Sequence record: OQ411014.1
Direction: 5' to 3' (one strand)
Length of the DNA stretch: 64,000 nucleotides
DNA from: Escherichia phage EJP2
In this document: piece after piece, positions 35,776 through 45,935 of the stretch
Numbering within the stretch: position 1 is the first letter of the stretch
Layout of the letters: every line of letters begins with the position of its first letter
The notes under the pieces: generated by a model
Told to the model about the DNA's origin: nothing
Database searches by the model: none
Seen by the model: only the letters and a program-made list of their open reading frames with translations
Translations under genes and position numbers: made by a program

Positions 35776-36942
35776 TTATTGGGGAAAGCGTGGATCGTCA
35801 AGAATAAATTCAGTACTGCTAGTTCCACCATCTGTGATATATGTTCCAGTACTATAGATGTAGTTTCCATCAGTTAGATACGTTCTGAAATTCGTACCAA
35901 TAACCTTAACATTAGGCATATCAGTTACTTCAGATGGTAAAATACATTTTGTATAGAATAGTTTATTTCCACTTGAACCTACACCTAAACAAACATAGTT
36001 GCTGGTATTATAACCACTACCATATACACCATCGGTTGTAACAACAAATGATTTATAATATTCGTATCCCAAATTGACACTTAAACGTTCACCTGCGGGT
36101 TGTTGTCCAGCCGAAATAGTACTATAAGCCTTATAAGTACCAGCCGAATCCTGACCATTACCAAGTGCACCAAATCGAGCAGCACCACCATTATATACGT
36201 TTTTAACTAATGAAGAATTTTGGTTTATACCAATAGCAACAAATTCGTTATTACTATACGCTATATTTGGACTTCCAACAGAAGTTGAATTTAACGTATA
36301 AATGGTTACTCTAGCACTAACATCATTATTATTATACCCAACAATTGTTCCAGTGTAATATAATTTACCGTCTTCTGTATTAAATCCATGCATGGTGCTA
36401 TTTGCGAATATTTTATGTGGGATAATACCATCTGGTATGGTGGCTTTAACAAAAGAACCAGTAATATTCGCTGTAGTATTATTTCCTAATTCACCATAGC
36501 TGCCGTACCCAGTTGACCATATAGTATCATTGGATAATAAAACACTTAGAGAGAATTTTGATGTTACGATATCTTTAATATCTGCCTCTAACAACGCAAA
36601 CAATGAAGAACAATCTGTCCATTGATTAACTGAACCACCAGGAACGCCAATATATGAGTTATTACCACTGAACCAGAACTCCCCATTGAACTTTTGAACT
36701 AATATAGTTTCCGCAGTAACCCATACCTTTTGTACGGAATCCAACGTCGGTGTCCATACAGTAACTTTAGTACCACTGGCATTACCCATACCAAACGCAC
36801 CCGATTGGTCACGCCCACGAACAAATAACTCACCAGATGTCATTAGAACAACCGTGAAATACATAGAGCATTTAATATCTTTTATTGGTGCTGGTGTTGG
36901 GGCTTTATTCCCATAATTTATCATCCTCACAAAAGGTAACAT
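35776..36942 (-). CDS. RCC1-like beta-propeller paralog, N-terminal MLPFVRMINYGN
   Basis: 388 aa; YGSGYNTSNYVCLGVG-type repeats. Confidence 0.8.
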   Translation of the reverse strand: MLPFVRMINYGNKAPTPAPIKDIKCSMYFTVVLMTSGELFVRGRDQSGAFGMGNASGTKVTVWTPTLDSVQKVWVTAETILVQKFNGEFWFSGNNSYIGVPGGSVNQWTDCSSLFALLEADIKDIVTSKFSLSVLLSNDTIWSTGYGSYGELGNNTTANITGSFVKATIPDGIIPHKIFANSTMHGFNTEDGKLYYTGTIVGYNNNDVSARVTIYTLNSTSVGSPNIAYSNNEFVAIGINQNSSLVKNVYNGGAARFGALGNGQDSAGTYKAYSTISAGQQPAGERLSVNLGYEYYKSFVVTTDGVYGSGYNTSNYVCLGVGSSGNKLFYTKCILPSEVTDMPNVKVIGTNFRTYLTDGNYIYSTGTYITDGGTSSTEFILDDPRFPQ

Positions 36943-37019
36943 AATTAATTCTCCAAAATTAAAATAATTATAAGGTATTTAATAAAAAAATACCAGCACC
37001 TTTCAGTACTGGTATTATA

Positions 37020-38402
37020 TTACATACTAGTTAATTGTATTTCTGTTAATGTCGCATAAGTTACGCCTTTGTAAATCCCACGCCAATAAATTTTCCCATC
37101 AGTTCCCATAACTACTAATCCATAGGACAAATGAGCACCAGCATCGTTATAGAGTGTTCCACCAACGTACATAGCATCATATACATCAATGCCAATATCT
37201 TCTGGTGTGAAATTCGCCACCGCCCCAGTAGACCATGTTGGACTTGCAAAATAATCACTATATACACCATGTGCTACTGTTATAACACTTGATCCTCGTT
37301 CATACAACACAGTACCACAAAAACTCATGTGGATACGCGTCGTCTGCGTCGTCGGTATATCAACCAATCCAGCACCTGGGTAAGACCCTGTAGTAATCTT
37401 CTTGTAATCACCACCAGTTGTGTTCAAGCTATTGACAGATGTACTACTCATACCAACGTTGTAGTTCTGGTAGTAATAGAAATTACCACTTATATATACT
37501 GAATACCCACCACCAGTACCATTACGTAATAATTTACCACCGGAAGTGAATAATATACCCTCATTACATGAATCAAAATGATATGTATCAGTTGTTGGAG
37601 CAACAATCTCAGTCCATGCTGTTAGGTTCTGATACGCCCCAGGTGTGTTCGTTAAGCATCTATTACTGTTTGTTCCTTTACCAACCAACGAGCCATCTTC
37701 TAATTGTGCATAAATTGCTTGATAACCATCAGTGTAATAAGTTGAGTTGTGAGCGAAACCAAGAATACCACTTATCTTTTTGACTTTTTGTGTTAATTTG
37801 GTATCTTTAACAAAACCAACAGTCCATTGACCATATGATACAATCTCGTTTATCATACCTAACCCATATGGGCCATTGTACCATATCTCACCCGCATCGT
37901 TAAGTACTACAACTAATCCTTCGTACTTACTTGTAAATGTCCCACTATTCCATGTTACTGGTCCGTTATTATATGCACTTACAACAATCGCATCAACTAT
38001 AGTCCCAACTTTGGTCAAAAATGCACTTACATCAACCCATTGGTAATCAGTCGTGAAAGGTGCACTAGTAGTACTCGCGTTAGTGAACAAACCAGTACTG
38101 TACTGTCCACAGAAGAAATATTTTCCGTTATTATCCAGTACTAAACATCCAATGTTTAATAACCAGAAATCCTTTACATTAGTACGGATAGCTTCTAAAC
38201 CAGAATCAACTGGAGTTTGTACACCAAAGGCAACCTTCTTCGTGTTACCCATTCCATAAAGAGTACCATCATTTCCTAAAATAGCACCCGCCCAGTTCCC
38301 ACCGCCATTTGAGTTTCGTCCTCTACCTACAGTTTGCATCTTTGTACCTTTAGGCACTTCAACTGTATTTCCATAATTTAACATCCTCACAAAAGGTAAC
38401 AT
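37020..38402 (-). CDS. beta-propeller-like paralog, N-terminal MLPFVRMLNYGN
   Basis: track ORF extends to TTG at 38417; ATG at 38402 (460 aa); Gly/Thr/Tyr-rich repeats. Confidence 0.8.
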   Translation of the reverse strand: MLPFVRMLNYGNTVEVPKGTKMQTVGRGRNSNGGGNWAGAILGNDGTLYGMGNTKKVAFGVQTPVDSGLEAIRTNVKDFWLLNIGCLVLDNNGKYFFCGQYSTGLFTNASTTSAPFTTDYQWVDVSAFLTKVGTIVDAIVVSAYNNGPVTWNSGTFTSKYEGLVVVLNDAGEIWYNGPYGLGMINEIVSYGQWTVGFVKDTKLTQKVKKISGILGFAHNSTYYTDGYQAIYAQLEDGSLVGKGTNSNRCLTNTPGAYQNLTAWTEIVAPTTDTYHFDSCNEGILFTSGGKLLRNGTGGGYSVYISGNFYYYQNYNVGMSSTSVNSLNTTGGDYKKITTGSYPGAGLVDIPTTQTTRIHMSFCGTVLYERGSSVITVAHGVYSDYFASPTWSTGAVANFTPEDIGIDVYDAMYVGGTLYNDAGAHLSYGLVVMGTDGKIYWRGIYKGVTYATLTEIQLTSM

Positions 38403-38443
38403 AACTAAATTCTCCAAAATTAAAATAATTATAATGTATTTAC
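38403..38443 (-). promoter_or_regulatory. conserved upstream leader/promoter module of paralog array (example)
   Basis: minus strand gtaaatacattataattattttaattttggagaatttagtt-ATG; near-identical upstream of at least 10 paralogs. Confidence 0.5.
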
Positions 38444-38474
38444 AAAAAAATACCAGTACGTATTTCAGTACTGG
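38444..38474 (-). terminator. rho-independent terminator within array
   Basis: minus strand: ccagtac-tgaaatac-gtactgg followed by T7. Confidence 0.65.
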
Positions 38475-38482
38475 CTTTTTAA

Positions 38483-39652
38483 TTAAGAAGGTAATAGAAA
38501 ATTAGCAAATCCACCCATCCCCAATGTGGGTACTAATCCAGCTACAGTTGGTGCTCTATTTGATGGTGAGCTAACAGCAATTCGACCATCTTTATATACC
38601 AATGAATTAGAACTGCCTGTGCATAAGTATCCACCTGAATATGGTACTGTACTTTGTTTACATTTGGTGAAAATTCCAATGGAAGACGATGCATTTATTA
38701 AATTTACACCATCATATCCACAACTATATATCCACCCATCTTCCCCTATGTATAAAGAAGAACTTGCATTTGCCGAACTAACGAACTTTCTGAATATTCG
38801 CTGATCCATAGGAGCAACTGACAATGTACCGGAATAGAATTTATTATTAATACCACTAGTAACACCGTCACCAAATACACCATAAGAACCTGAACCAGTT
38901 GCATAGTATCGTTTATCTCCCAAGAAAATCATACAGTTGTTATTGCATATTTTATATTGATATATTAAAGTAGTATCAATTCCTGGGAAAGATTCAGTAA
39001 ATGATAGAACATTAGCAATTGTACTTGCGTTGCATTGATGACTTGCATTTTGTCCTGATGATAAAATTGTTCCATCTTGTAGTAATATTCGAGATGTACC
39101 AGTACCACTAAAAACTCTTAATGCTGGTTTTGTATTATATATTTGTTTAAATGAAAAGAAACCAACAGACATTATTCCCTGACCACTCCATCCAGTATTG
39201 TCAGTTCCAATAGCCCATACTGAATCGTCTTCAGCGATAACCATAACACCATAGCGGTCAATGCTAATATCTTTAATTTTGGACATATCAATTGCATTGA
39301 ACCTTGAACTAATATCCTTCCATGTTGTTGTGCTTGCAGTAGGACTTACAGTTATATCATTCCCTGCTATATAAACACTCCCACTTATTGTAACATAAAT
39401 CGTTTGGGAATACCCAGTACTGCATAATAATACATTTTCTGAACTTGGAACCTTAATCCATTCGTTGTAAACTCCAGTTTGGGGCGTAATACCTAACTGA
39501 TAAAAATCATTTGACCCAGTAAGATATAGTTTTCCATCCTTAACAAAACTGAAATTAGAACTGTAATCACTGGATGTAAGTCTTGGTTCAATTGGTACTG
39601 GTGGTACTGGTGCATTATTCCCATATTCTAACATCCTCACAAAAGGTAACAT
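38483..39652 (-). CDS. RCC1-like beta-propeller paralog, N-terminal MLPFVRMLEYGN
   Basis: track ORF to 39667 (TTG); ATG at 39652; resembles 43486-44658. Confidence 0.8.
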   Translation of the reverse strand: MLPFVRMLEYGNNAPVPPVPIEPRLTSSDYSSNFSFVKDGKLYLTGSNDFYQLGITPQTGVYNEWIKVPSSENVLLCSTGYSQTIYVTISGSVYIAGNDITVSPTASTTTWKDISSRFNAIDMSKIKDISIDRYGVMVIAEDDSVWAIGTDNTGWSGQGIMSVGFFSFKQIYNTKPALRVFSGTGTSRILLQDGTILSSGQNASHQCNASTIANVLSFTESFPGIDTTLIYQYKICNNNCMIFLGDKRYYATGSGSYGVFGDGVTSGINNKFYSGTLSVAPMDQRIFRKFVSSANASSSLYIGEDGWIYSCGYDGVNLINASSSIGIFTKCKQSTVPYSGGYLCTGSSNSLVYKDGRIAVSSPSNRAPTVAGLVPTLGMGGFANFLLPS

Positions 39653-39739
39653 AACTAAATTCTCCAAAATTAAAATAATTATAATGTATTTACAAAAAAA
39701 TACCAGTACGTATTTCAGTACTGGTATTGTGGTATTGTA

Positions 39740-40846
39740 TCATTTCGGCATTGTAATTGCAGACCATGAATTTGAAGTAATTGGACCTGGTACGAACACT
39801 GTTGAACCACATGCATAAATTTGTCTATCCCCATCATACACAACACTAAAGCTAGTACAAGTAAACAATGACGAATTTAATGGATTGTAAGTATCTAATG
39901 TTAGTGTATTCTCCCACTGACTTGAACCTAGACCACCTGACCTACCAAATGCACCAGTACTGTATATCTTACCTTCAGTTGTTGCATATATATTAACATA
40001 TGAAGTTGAACTGGATTTAGATATTTTATGTATCTTATTATCAATTGCACTAGGGTTAAATGTAAATGGATATATTTGTACGTTAGTTCTTGAACCATTA
40101 CCAAGTTGACCATCATACTGCCAGCCAGCAACGTATGTACTACTACCTGAATATGCTATAGTACTAGTACTGTTACCGCCCAGTATTTTAACACTAGTTA
40201 AACGACTTACTAAAGTAATGTACTGCCCTTGACTCACACCCAGTGAACCATAACTACTAGTCCCACATCCAATAAGGTCACCGTTGGATGTTAAGATTAA
40301 TGTGTTGTTTTGCGTACCATATATATCAGCAACTTCATTTGTACCAGTATTCAGTACTAACACAAAAGCACTCTGTGAACTTGGATATCCACCACCGAGT
40401 GAATAGTTACCGTTCATGCCTCTTCCATAAACCTTTGTACCACTAGCATCTACGTAGTGCATCGTATCTGAACCAATTGATATCATTTTAATATTAGATA
40501 TGTGTGGGAATGAAGAAGTAACATCTAAACCACCCAAGGGGATTGCAGTATTACCCGTACCTAACTGAGAAGTAACTCCGTGTATTCTGAACTCTTCTCC
40601 TTTGAGATACAGAAGACTGTACCCACCAGCCCATGCATCAGAAACACCCTCTGCAACTAATATCCAAGTATTTTTTGCTGCTGTACCAAAGACATTCAAC
40701 TGCAAATATGAATTATCTCCACATCCATATAATGTCCCATCACTATATAGTACGTACAAATTATTGGTTCCACAAAATACTTTCTTGATCGTTATACCTT
40801 CTGGGGCTATATTTCCATAGGTCATTATTCTTGCAAAAGGTAACAT
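39740..40846 (-). CDS. RCC1-like beta-propeller paralog, N-terminal MLPFARIMTYGN
   Basis: 368 aa; LYGCGDNSYLQLNVFG and related repeats. Confidence 0.8.
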   Translation of the reverse strand: MLPFARIMTYGNIAPEGITIKKVFCGTNNLYVLYSDGTLYGCGDNSYLQLNVFGTAAKNTWILVAEGVSDAWAGGYSLLYLKGEEFRIHGVTSQLGTGNTAIPLGGLDVTSSFPHISNIKMISIGSDTMHYVDASGTKVYGRGMNGNYSLGGGYPSSQSAFVLVLNTGTNEVADIYGTQNNTLILTSNGDLIGCGTSSYGSLGVSQGQYITLVSRLTSVKILGGNSTSTIAYSGSSTYVAGWQYDGQLGNGSRTNVQIYPFTFNPSAIDNKIHKISKSSSTSYVNIYATTEGKIYSTGAFGRSGGLGSSQWENTLTLDTYNPLNSSLFTCTSFSVVYDGDRQIYACGSTVFVPGPITSNSWSAITMPK

Positions 40847-40937
40847 AATTAAATCTCCATATAATAATTATAATGTATTTACAAAAAAAGCCAGTACGTA
40901 TTTCAGTACTGGTATTGTGGTATTGTGGTATTGTGAT

Positions 40938-42128
40938 TTAAGGCTTCGGCACTGGCGGTGTTACCAGTTGATATGTGTTCTGAATTGTATTGTTCGAGAA
41001 TGAACGTCCAGTGTAGTATACGTCACCAGCTTTCGTCAAATAAGCAACGCCGAAATCAGCACCAACATATGTTTCCATGCTGCTAATATTAGGTGGATTC
41101 ACTGGCGGCGTAAATCTAGCCTTGTTACTATTAGTACCATTACCAAACCGACCATAAGTACCATTACCTGTAGTATATAATGTACCATTAGTACTAATAA
41201 CGCAACCAATGTCTGAACCATCACCATTGGTGTTAAGTGTTACTGGAGAAGTTATTACAGTACTGCTATCAGTAAGGAATAGTAAGTTATTATTAATACT
41301 TACAGCATTACTTAAACTACCTGTTCCTAAGTTTCCATTAATACTGTTACCACTTACAATTAAGTACCAAGCGTCAGTTGTTGTATTGTTTATCAATATG
41401 AATGAACCATCTGTGTTCATTGCAACATCATGTGGAATTAGGTTAGTAGCTAAATTGTACTTAGTCCATGAATATATGTTATTCGTTGTTGCCGTAATAC
41501 CCAAGATCCCAGAACTATTCTGACCAGTTCTCCAGAGTGAATTATCATTCTTGATAATCCACGTGGTATTAATGCGATGTGTTAATTTTTTTACATCAGT
41601 ATTCAATTTAGTAAAAGTACTAACCATAGTGTTACTACCAAGTCCTAATGTCCCTCCTAGGTTTCTACCCATACCATATAGATCACCATTTTCTAAGTGC
41701 ACTAAAATATGACTCCACGAAACCTGAATATCAATTATACTGTCTATTTGTGTAGGTGTAAAAACACTCGTAAACAAAGTCGTTATATCAGTCCACGTGG
41801 TACTAAACCCAGTACCAGCAACAATATCATTTGCTCCGGTGTAATAAAATTTATTATCAATAGTCTGAATCAATGCGAACTCAACAAGTGAACATGCAAA
41901 TCTTTTAACATCATGATGTACTAAAACCCAATTCGGATAATTTGTACCACCTGAATCACCTTGTCCGAAGCAGTAGTTCCTTGAAGTTCCACCACCAATC
42001 CCATATAGTGTGTTGTCCTTGTACAATATAAACAAACAACCACTATTACCCGATGGCATATAAATTGTTTCTATTGGTGAAGTAGGTAACTTATTCCCGT
42101 ACTCCAAAATTCTTGCAAAAGGTAACAT
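40938..42128 (-). CDS. beta-propeller-like paralog, N-terminal MLPFARILEYGN
   Basis: track ORF to 42188; conserved ATG at 42128 (396 aa). Confidence 0.75.
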   Translation of the reverse strand: MLPFARILEYGNKLPTSPIETIYMPSGNSGCLFILYKDNTLYGIGGGTSRNYCFGQGDSGGTNYPNWVLVHHDVKRFACSLVEFALIQTIDNKFYYTGANDIVAGTGFSTTWTDITTLFTSVFTPTQIDSIIDIQVSWSHILVHLENGDLYGMGRNLGGTLGLGSNTMVSTFTKLNTDVKKLTHRINTTWIIKNDNSLWRTGQNSSGILGITATTNNIYSWTKYNLATNLIPHDVAMNTDGSFILINNTTTDAWYLIVSGNSINGNLGTGSLSNAVSINNNLLFLTDSSTVITSPVTLNTNGDGSDIGCVISTNGTLYTTGNGTYGRFGNGTNSNKARFTPPVNPPNISSMETYVGADFGVAYLTKAGDVYYTGRSFSNNTIQNTYQLVTPPVPKP

Positions 42129-42215
42129 AACTAAATTCTCCAAAATTAAAATAATTATATTGTATTTACAAAAAAAATACCAGCACATATTTCAGTACTG
42201 GTATTGTTTCTTATT

Positions 42216-43406
42216 TTATTGCCATAACTGTGTTGGCATTAGGGTTAGTGTAGTAACAACAGACGCACCATTAGGTAAGTTACCACCAGAACCATTAAAA
42301 CCACCACACGCATATAATTTATAATCTTTAGTAACAATTAATGTCCTGGACCAGTCTTTAGATGCCATAAGAACATTGTCATATCCACCAGGTATAGCAG
42401 TTAATTTAAACAACGCCCACGAATTAACTAGAGTTGTATTTCCTGTTCCTTGTTGACCATATGAATTGACACCACCACTCCTAACATATGATGGGTATTG
42501 AGCCATAGGTGTACCAATTGATGCGTTACCCATAGAACTAGGACATAAGAAAGCATCACTAATATTCACTGTAACTTGTGAATTTTTAACTGGAGTGAGT
42601 TGGTTTGTAGATGAAGTAGTACCATTCCCAGCTTGTCCAGTATTGTTGTAACCACTCCAATACACACTACCAGCAGTGAACCACCAAGTAACATCATAGG
42701 TAGCACTTATATAATCGACGTTCGTTCGTATTAATTTATTAGTATAAACGAATGAGCTAGTCCCACCCCCACTTTCACCAAAGTTATCCTTACCACAAAA
42801 CCATGCTTCTTTATTTGTTTTGAGATAGTGTGTACCCTGTAATGAACATGCGAGTTGAGAAACTTCACCCATATTAGTCATAACTGTTAGTACTGGAATA
42901 GCATTTTTATTCCCTGAACCACATTCAGCATTTGTATTGTTACCACAAGCAATGACTCTTCCATCGTGTAGTAATATTCTAGTACTTTCACCTATATGTA
43001 CACTCTTGATTAAATTAGCGTGCACATTAATTTTGTCAAAGGAAGCAGTAACATCAGTCCATGTTAAGAAATATCCATTAACAGGAGTTGCGGCTCCATA
43101 ATCAGGAAATGCACCTATCGACCCAGTGTAGTATATTCTATTATCCAGATCAATCATCAATGATCCATGAACACCTACCCAAAACGCCGCACAGTGCATT
43201 GCGAGTACAGTAAAAGTAGAAACTGTTGATCTATTCCCTAGACCTAATTGGCCCAAGTTATTACTACCATATCCGTATAATGTATTCGTGGGCTTATGTA
43301 GATACATAGCATTGGTGTATTGTTGCTGTAAAACATCAGTAAACTCTACTGGATCAGGAGGGGCAATCGTATTCCCATAAGTCATTATTCTTGCAAAAGG
43401 TAACAT
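42216..43406 (-). CDS. RCC1-like beta-propeller paralog, N-terminal MLPFARIMTYGN
   Basis: track ORF to 43421; ATG at 43406; clear repeats LYGYGSNNLGQLGLGN, WYSGYNNTGQAGNG, VNSYGQQGTGN. Confidence 0.85.
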   Translation of the reverse strand: MLPFARIMTYGNTIAPPDPVEFTDVLQQQYTNAMYLHKPTNTLYGYGSNNLGQLGLGNRSTVSTFTVLAMHCAAFWVGVHGSLMIDLDNRIYYTGSIGAFPDYGAATPVNGYFLTWTDVTASFDKINVHANLIKSVHIGESTRILLHDGRVIACGNNTNAECGSGNKNAIPVLTVMTNMGEVSQLACSLQGTHYLKTNKEAWFCGKDNFGESGGGTSSFVYTNKLIRTNVDYISATYDVTWWFTAGSVYWSGYNNTGQAGNGTTSSTNQLTPVKNSQVTVNISDAFLCPSSMGNASIGTPMAQYPSYVRSGGVNSYGQQGTGNTTLVNSWALFKLTAIPGGYDNVLMASKDWSRTLIVTKDYKLYACGGFNGSGGNLPNGASVVTTLTLMPTQLWQ

Positions 43407-43447
43407 AACTAAATTCTCCAAAATTAAAATAATTATAATGTATTTAC

Positions 43448-43481
43448 AAAAAAATACCAGTACGTATTTCAGTACTGGTAT
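43448..43481 (-). terminator. rho-independent terminator within array
   Basis: minus strand: taccagtac-N8-gtactggta followed by T7. Confidence 0.65.
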
Positions 43482-43485
43482 AATG

Positions 43486-44658
43486 TTATGGTAAAATAAT
43501 AGCTTGTAACGAACTCATACCCAATTCTGGAACACTCGCCTGTGGTGCTGGTGCATTCACTTTTGGTGATGAAACCGCATAAGTCATTCCTGTACCCAAA
43601 TCTGGATCAAAAACTACAGAACAATAATCCCCATTGTATATAAGTCCATTAGTATATCCTTGTGCACTTTGAATGCATTTCGTGAACGTACCAATGTCAG
43701 TAGTGGCATTTATTAAGTTCCTCCCACGGTAGCCACAGGTGTATATGAAATTATCAACACCTATGTACATACTCGCATTCCCAGAAGAACTACATAGATA
43801 AGACATATAAGCACGCATGTTTTTAGGAGCAACTGACAATGTACCAGCATAGAATTTATTATTCGAACCCGAAATATCACCATCACCCAAAGCACCAAAA
43901 CTCCCCCAACCAGTACCATAATATCTCTTATCACTCAAGAATATAATACAGTTGTTATTACACATCTTGATTTGATATATCAATGAAGGATCAACCCCAG
44001 GGAATGATTCAGTGTATGTTAGAACAGCCAGATCAGTACTAGCATTACATTGATGATATGTATTAGTACCAGCGGACAATATTGTACCATTAGCTAATAG
44101 AATCCTCGAAGTGCCAGTACCAGCAGTACAAGCAACAGCATTACCTGTATATATTTGTCTGAAAGTAAAGAAACCAACAGTTTTACTCCCCTGTCCACTC
44201 CAACCAGTATTATCAACACCACATGCCCATACTGAACCATCTTGCATGATCATCATTACACCATAGCGTTCTATCGAAATATAGACAATCTTCGTAGTAT
44301 CAACTGCACTAAATCTAGAAGTTATATCAGTCCAAACCTTTACACTCACCGCCGTCGCACCGAAAGTAGGATCTTCCCCTGCTATCATTATCCTACCATT
44401 GTTAGTCAGATACATTGTCTGACCATAACCAGTACTACAAAACTTAACACTATCAGTCTCTGGAACTTTTAACCACTCGTTGTAACGTGTTACGTTAGTG
44501 TTATTACCTAACTGATAATAGTTATTCATCCCAGATACATATAACACACCATCCTTTATTAAACTATAAGTCGCACTATAGTCACTACAGGTATAACGTG
44601 TACCCACAGGCCGCTCAACGACGTTCCCATATTCTAACATCCTTACAAAAGGTAACAT
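43486..44658 (-). CDS. RCC1-like beta-propeller paralog, N-terminal MLPFVRMLEYGN
   Basis: track ORF to 44664; ATG at 44658; LYVSGMNNYYQLGNNT repeat. Confidence 0.8.
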   Translation of the reverse strand: MLPFVRMLEYGNVVERPVGTRYTCSDYSATYSLIKDGVLYVSGMNNYYQLGNNTNVTRYNEWLKVPETDSVKFCSTGYGQTMYLTNNGRIMIAGEDPTFGATAVSVKVWTDITSRFSAVDTTKIVYISIERYGVMMIMQDGSVWACGVDNTGWSGQGSKTVGFFTFRQIYTGNAVACTAGTGTSRILLANGTILSAGTNTYHQCNASTDLAVLTYTESFPGVDPSLIYQIKMCNNNCIIFLSDKRYYGTGWGSFGALGDGDISGSNNKFYAGTLSVAPKNMRAYMSYLCSSSGNASMYIGVDNFIYTCGYRGRNLINATTDIGTFTKCIQSAQGYTNGLIYNGDYCSVVFDPDLGTGMTYAVSSPKVNAPAPQASVPELGMSSLQAIILP

Positions 44659-44732
44659 AATCAAATCTCCGTAATTAAATCATACAGTATTTACAAAAAA
44701 ATACCAGTACATATTCCAGTACTGGCCTATTA

Positions 44733-45854
44733 TTAAAAGGGCAACGGTAACTCAGTAAAAGTACTTACGTTCGGTAAACCATACATTAAATTAGCATCAC
44801 CACAGTAATACCACTTCGTAGAATCATGTACCACCGATAAACGCTGTGCACATAACACTTCCTGTATGTCATTAAACACCATCGGGACTAACTCATATGT
44901 ATCCGCATATGAAGATTCACCACCACTCGCATGAAAAGTATTCATCCCAGCATAAAATAACTGATTAGTGTTCTTACCCACAGCAAATGTCATCAATATC
45001 CCATCATTCTCCCATAAAGAAGAAAACTTATCAACACTACCAGAAAGCTCTGTGTAAGTACTCGTAATGGCACTCGCAGCCGCCGCATTACCCATCTGTT
45101 TATTCAAGTTCTGTCCAGCAATAAAATATCTCGTGCGTGCACTAGAATCAGTATATAATAACCCAGTGTTCGTAGTCATCATTCCAATGTCCTTAATCGT
45201 CATACCAGTCTGTGAATAACTTAGATACGAAGTTAAACTACCATTATTACCCAACGAACCGTTATCACTCATGCCACAACGATGTAATATACCACTTGTA
45301 TCAACGTAGATAGTACTAACTAAACTCGTATACAACTCTTGTACATTATTCGCAATAAACACAGCAGTCGCCTTATTAGTAACCCCACCAAATGATAGGT
45401 TATTATCAAATCCCTTAGCGTATAATTGATTATTAGTAGTAACTAACCCAATCGCGTAATAAGATATTTTCATATCCCTTACAGTACTCAAATCTACTAC
45501 CCCAAATTGATGCGTAACATCTGTCCATGTGAAAATCTGTGCACTACCAACACCACCCGTTTCAAACCATTTGTCACCACAGTACAATATGCGATTATCC
45601 TTAGTAAAGATAACTGTTACCAATCCACTACCACACGCAAACTTTACATCACTTCTAACCTTCGTCCAATCAAGTACATAGGTAGTGGTGTTATTACCTA
45701 TACCTAACTTACCATAACGGTTATAACCACGCACCCACAAATCACCACTCTCAGTAATTAATAGTAATGCGTCTCCTGTACTTATTATTCGAAATCCCGA
45801 ACTAGGATCGGGTGCTATATTCCCATAAGTCATCATTCTTGCAAAAGGCAACAT
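44733..45854 (-). CDS. beta-propeller-like paralog, N-terminal MLPFARMMTYGN
   Basis: 373 aa; WVRGYNRYGKLGIGNN repeat. Confidence 0.8.
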   Translation of the reverse strand: MLPFARMMTYGNIAPDPSSGFRIISTGDALLLITESGDLWVRGYNRYGKLGIGNNTTTYVLDWTKVRSDVKFACGSGLVTVIFTKDNRILYCGDKWFETGGVGSAQIFTWTDVTHQFGVVDLSTVRDMKISYYAIGLVTTNNQLYAKGFDNNLSFGGVTNKATAVFIANNVQELYTSLVSTIYVDTSGILHRCGMSDNGSLGNNGSLTSYLSYSQTGMTIKDIGMMTTNTGLLYTDSSARTRYFIAGQNLNKQMGNAAAASAITSTYTELSGSVDKFSSLWENDGILMTFAVGKNTNQLFYAGMNTFHASGGESSYADTYELVPMVFNDIQEVLCAQRLSVVHDSTKWYYCGDANLMYGLPNVSTFTELPLPF

Positions 45855-45935
45855 AATAAAATCTCCGTAATTAAATCATACAGTATTTACAAAATACCAG
45901 CACATATTTCAGTACTGGTATAGTGGTATATTAAA

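Noticed and set aside
38403-38443. Bacteroidetes-type promoter (TTTG ... TAnnTTTG) upstream of the paralogs
   Set aside because: The motif match (tttgtaaat...taattttgg) exists, but every other signal in the window (TTGACA/TATAAT promoters, GGAG-type RBS, codon usage) points to a proteobacterial-style expression system, so it is probably coincidental in AT-rich sequence.
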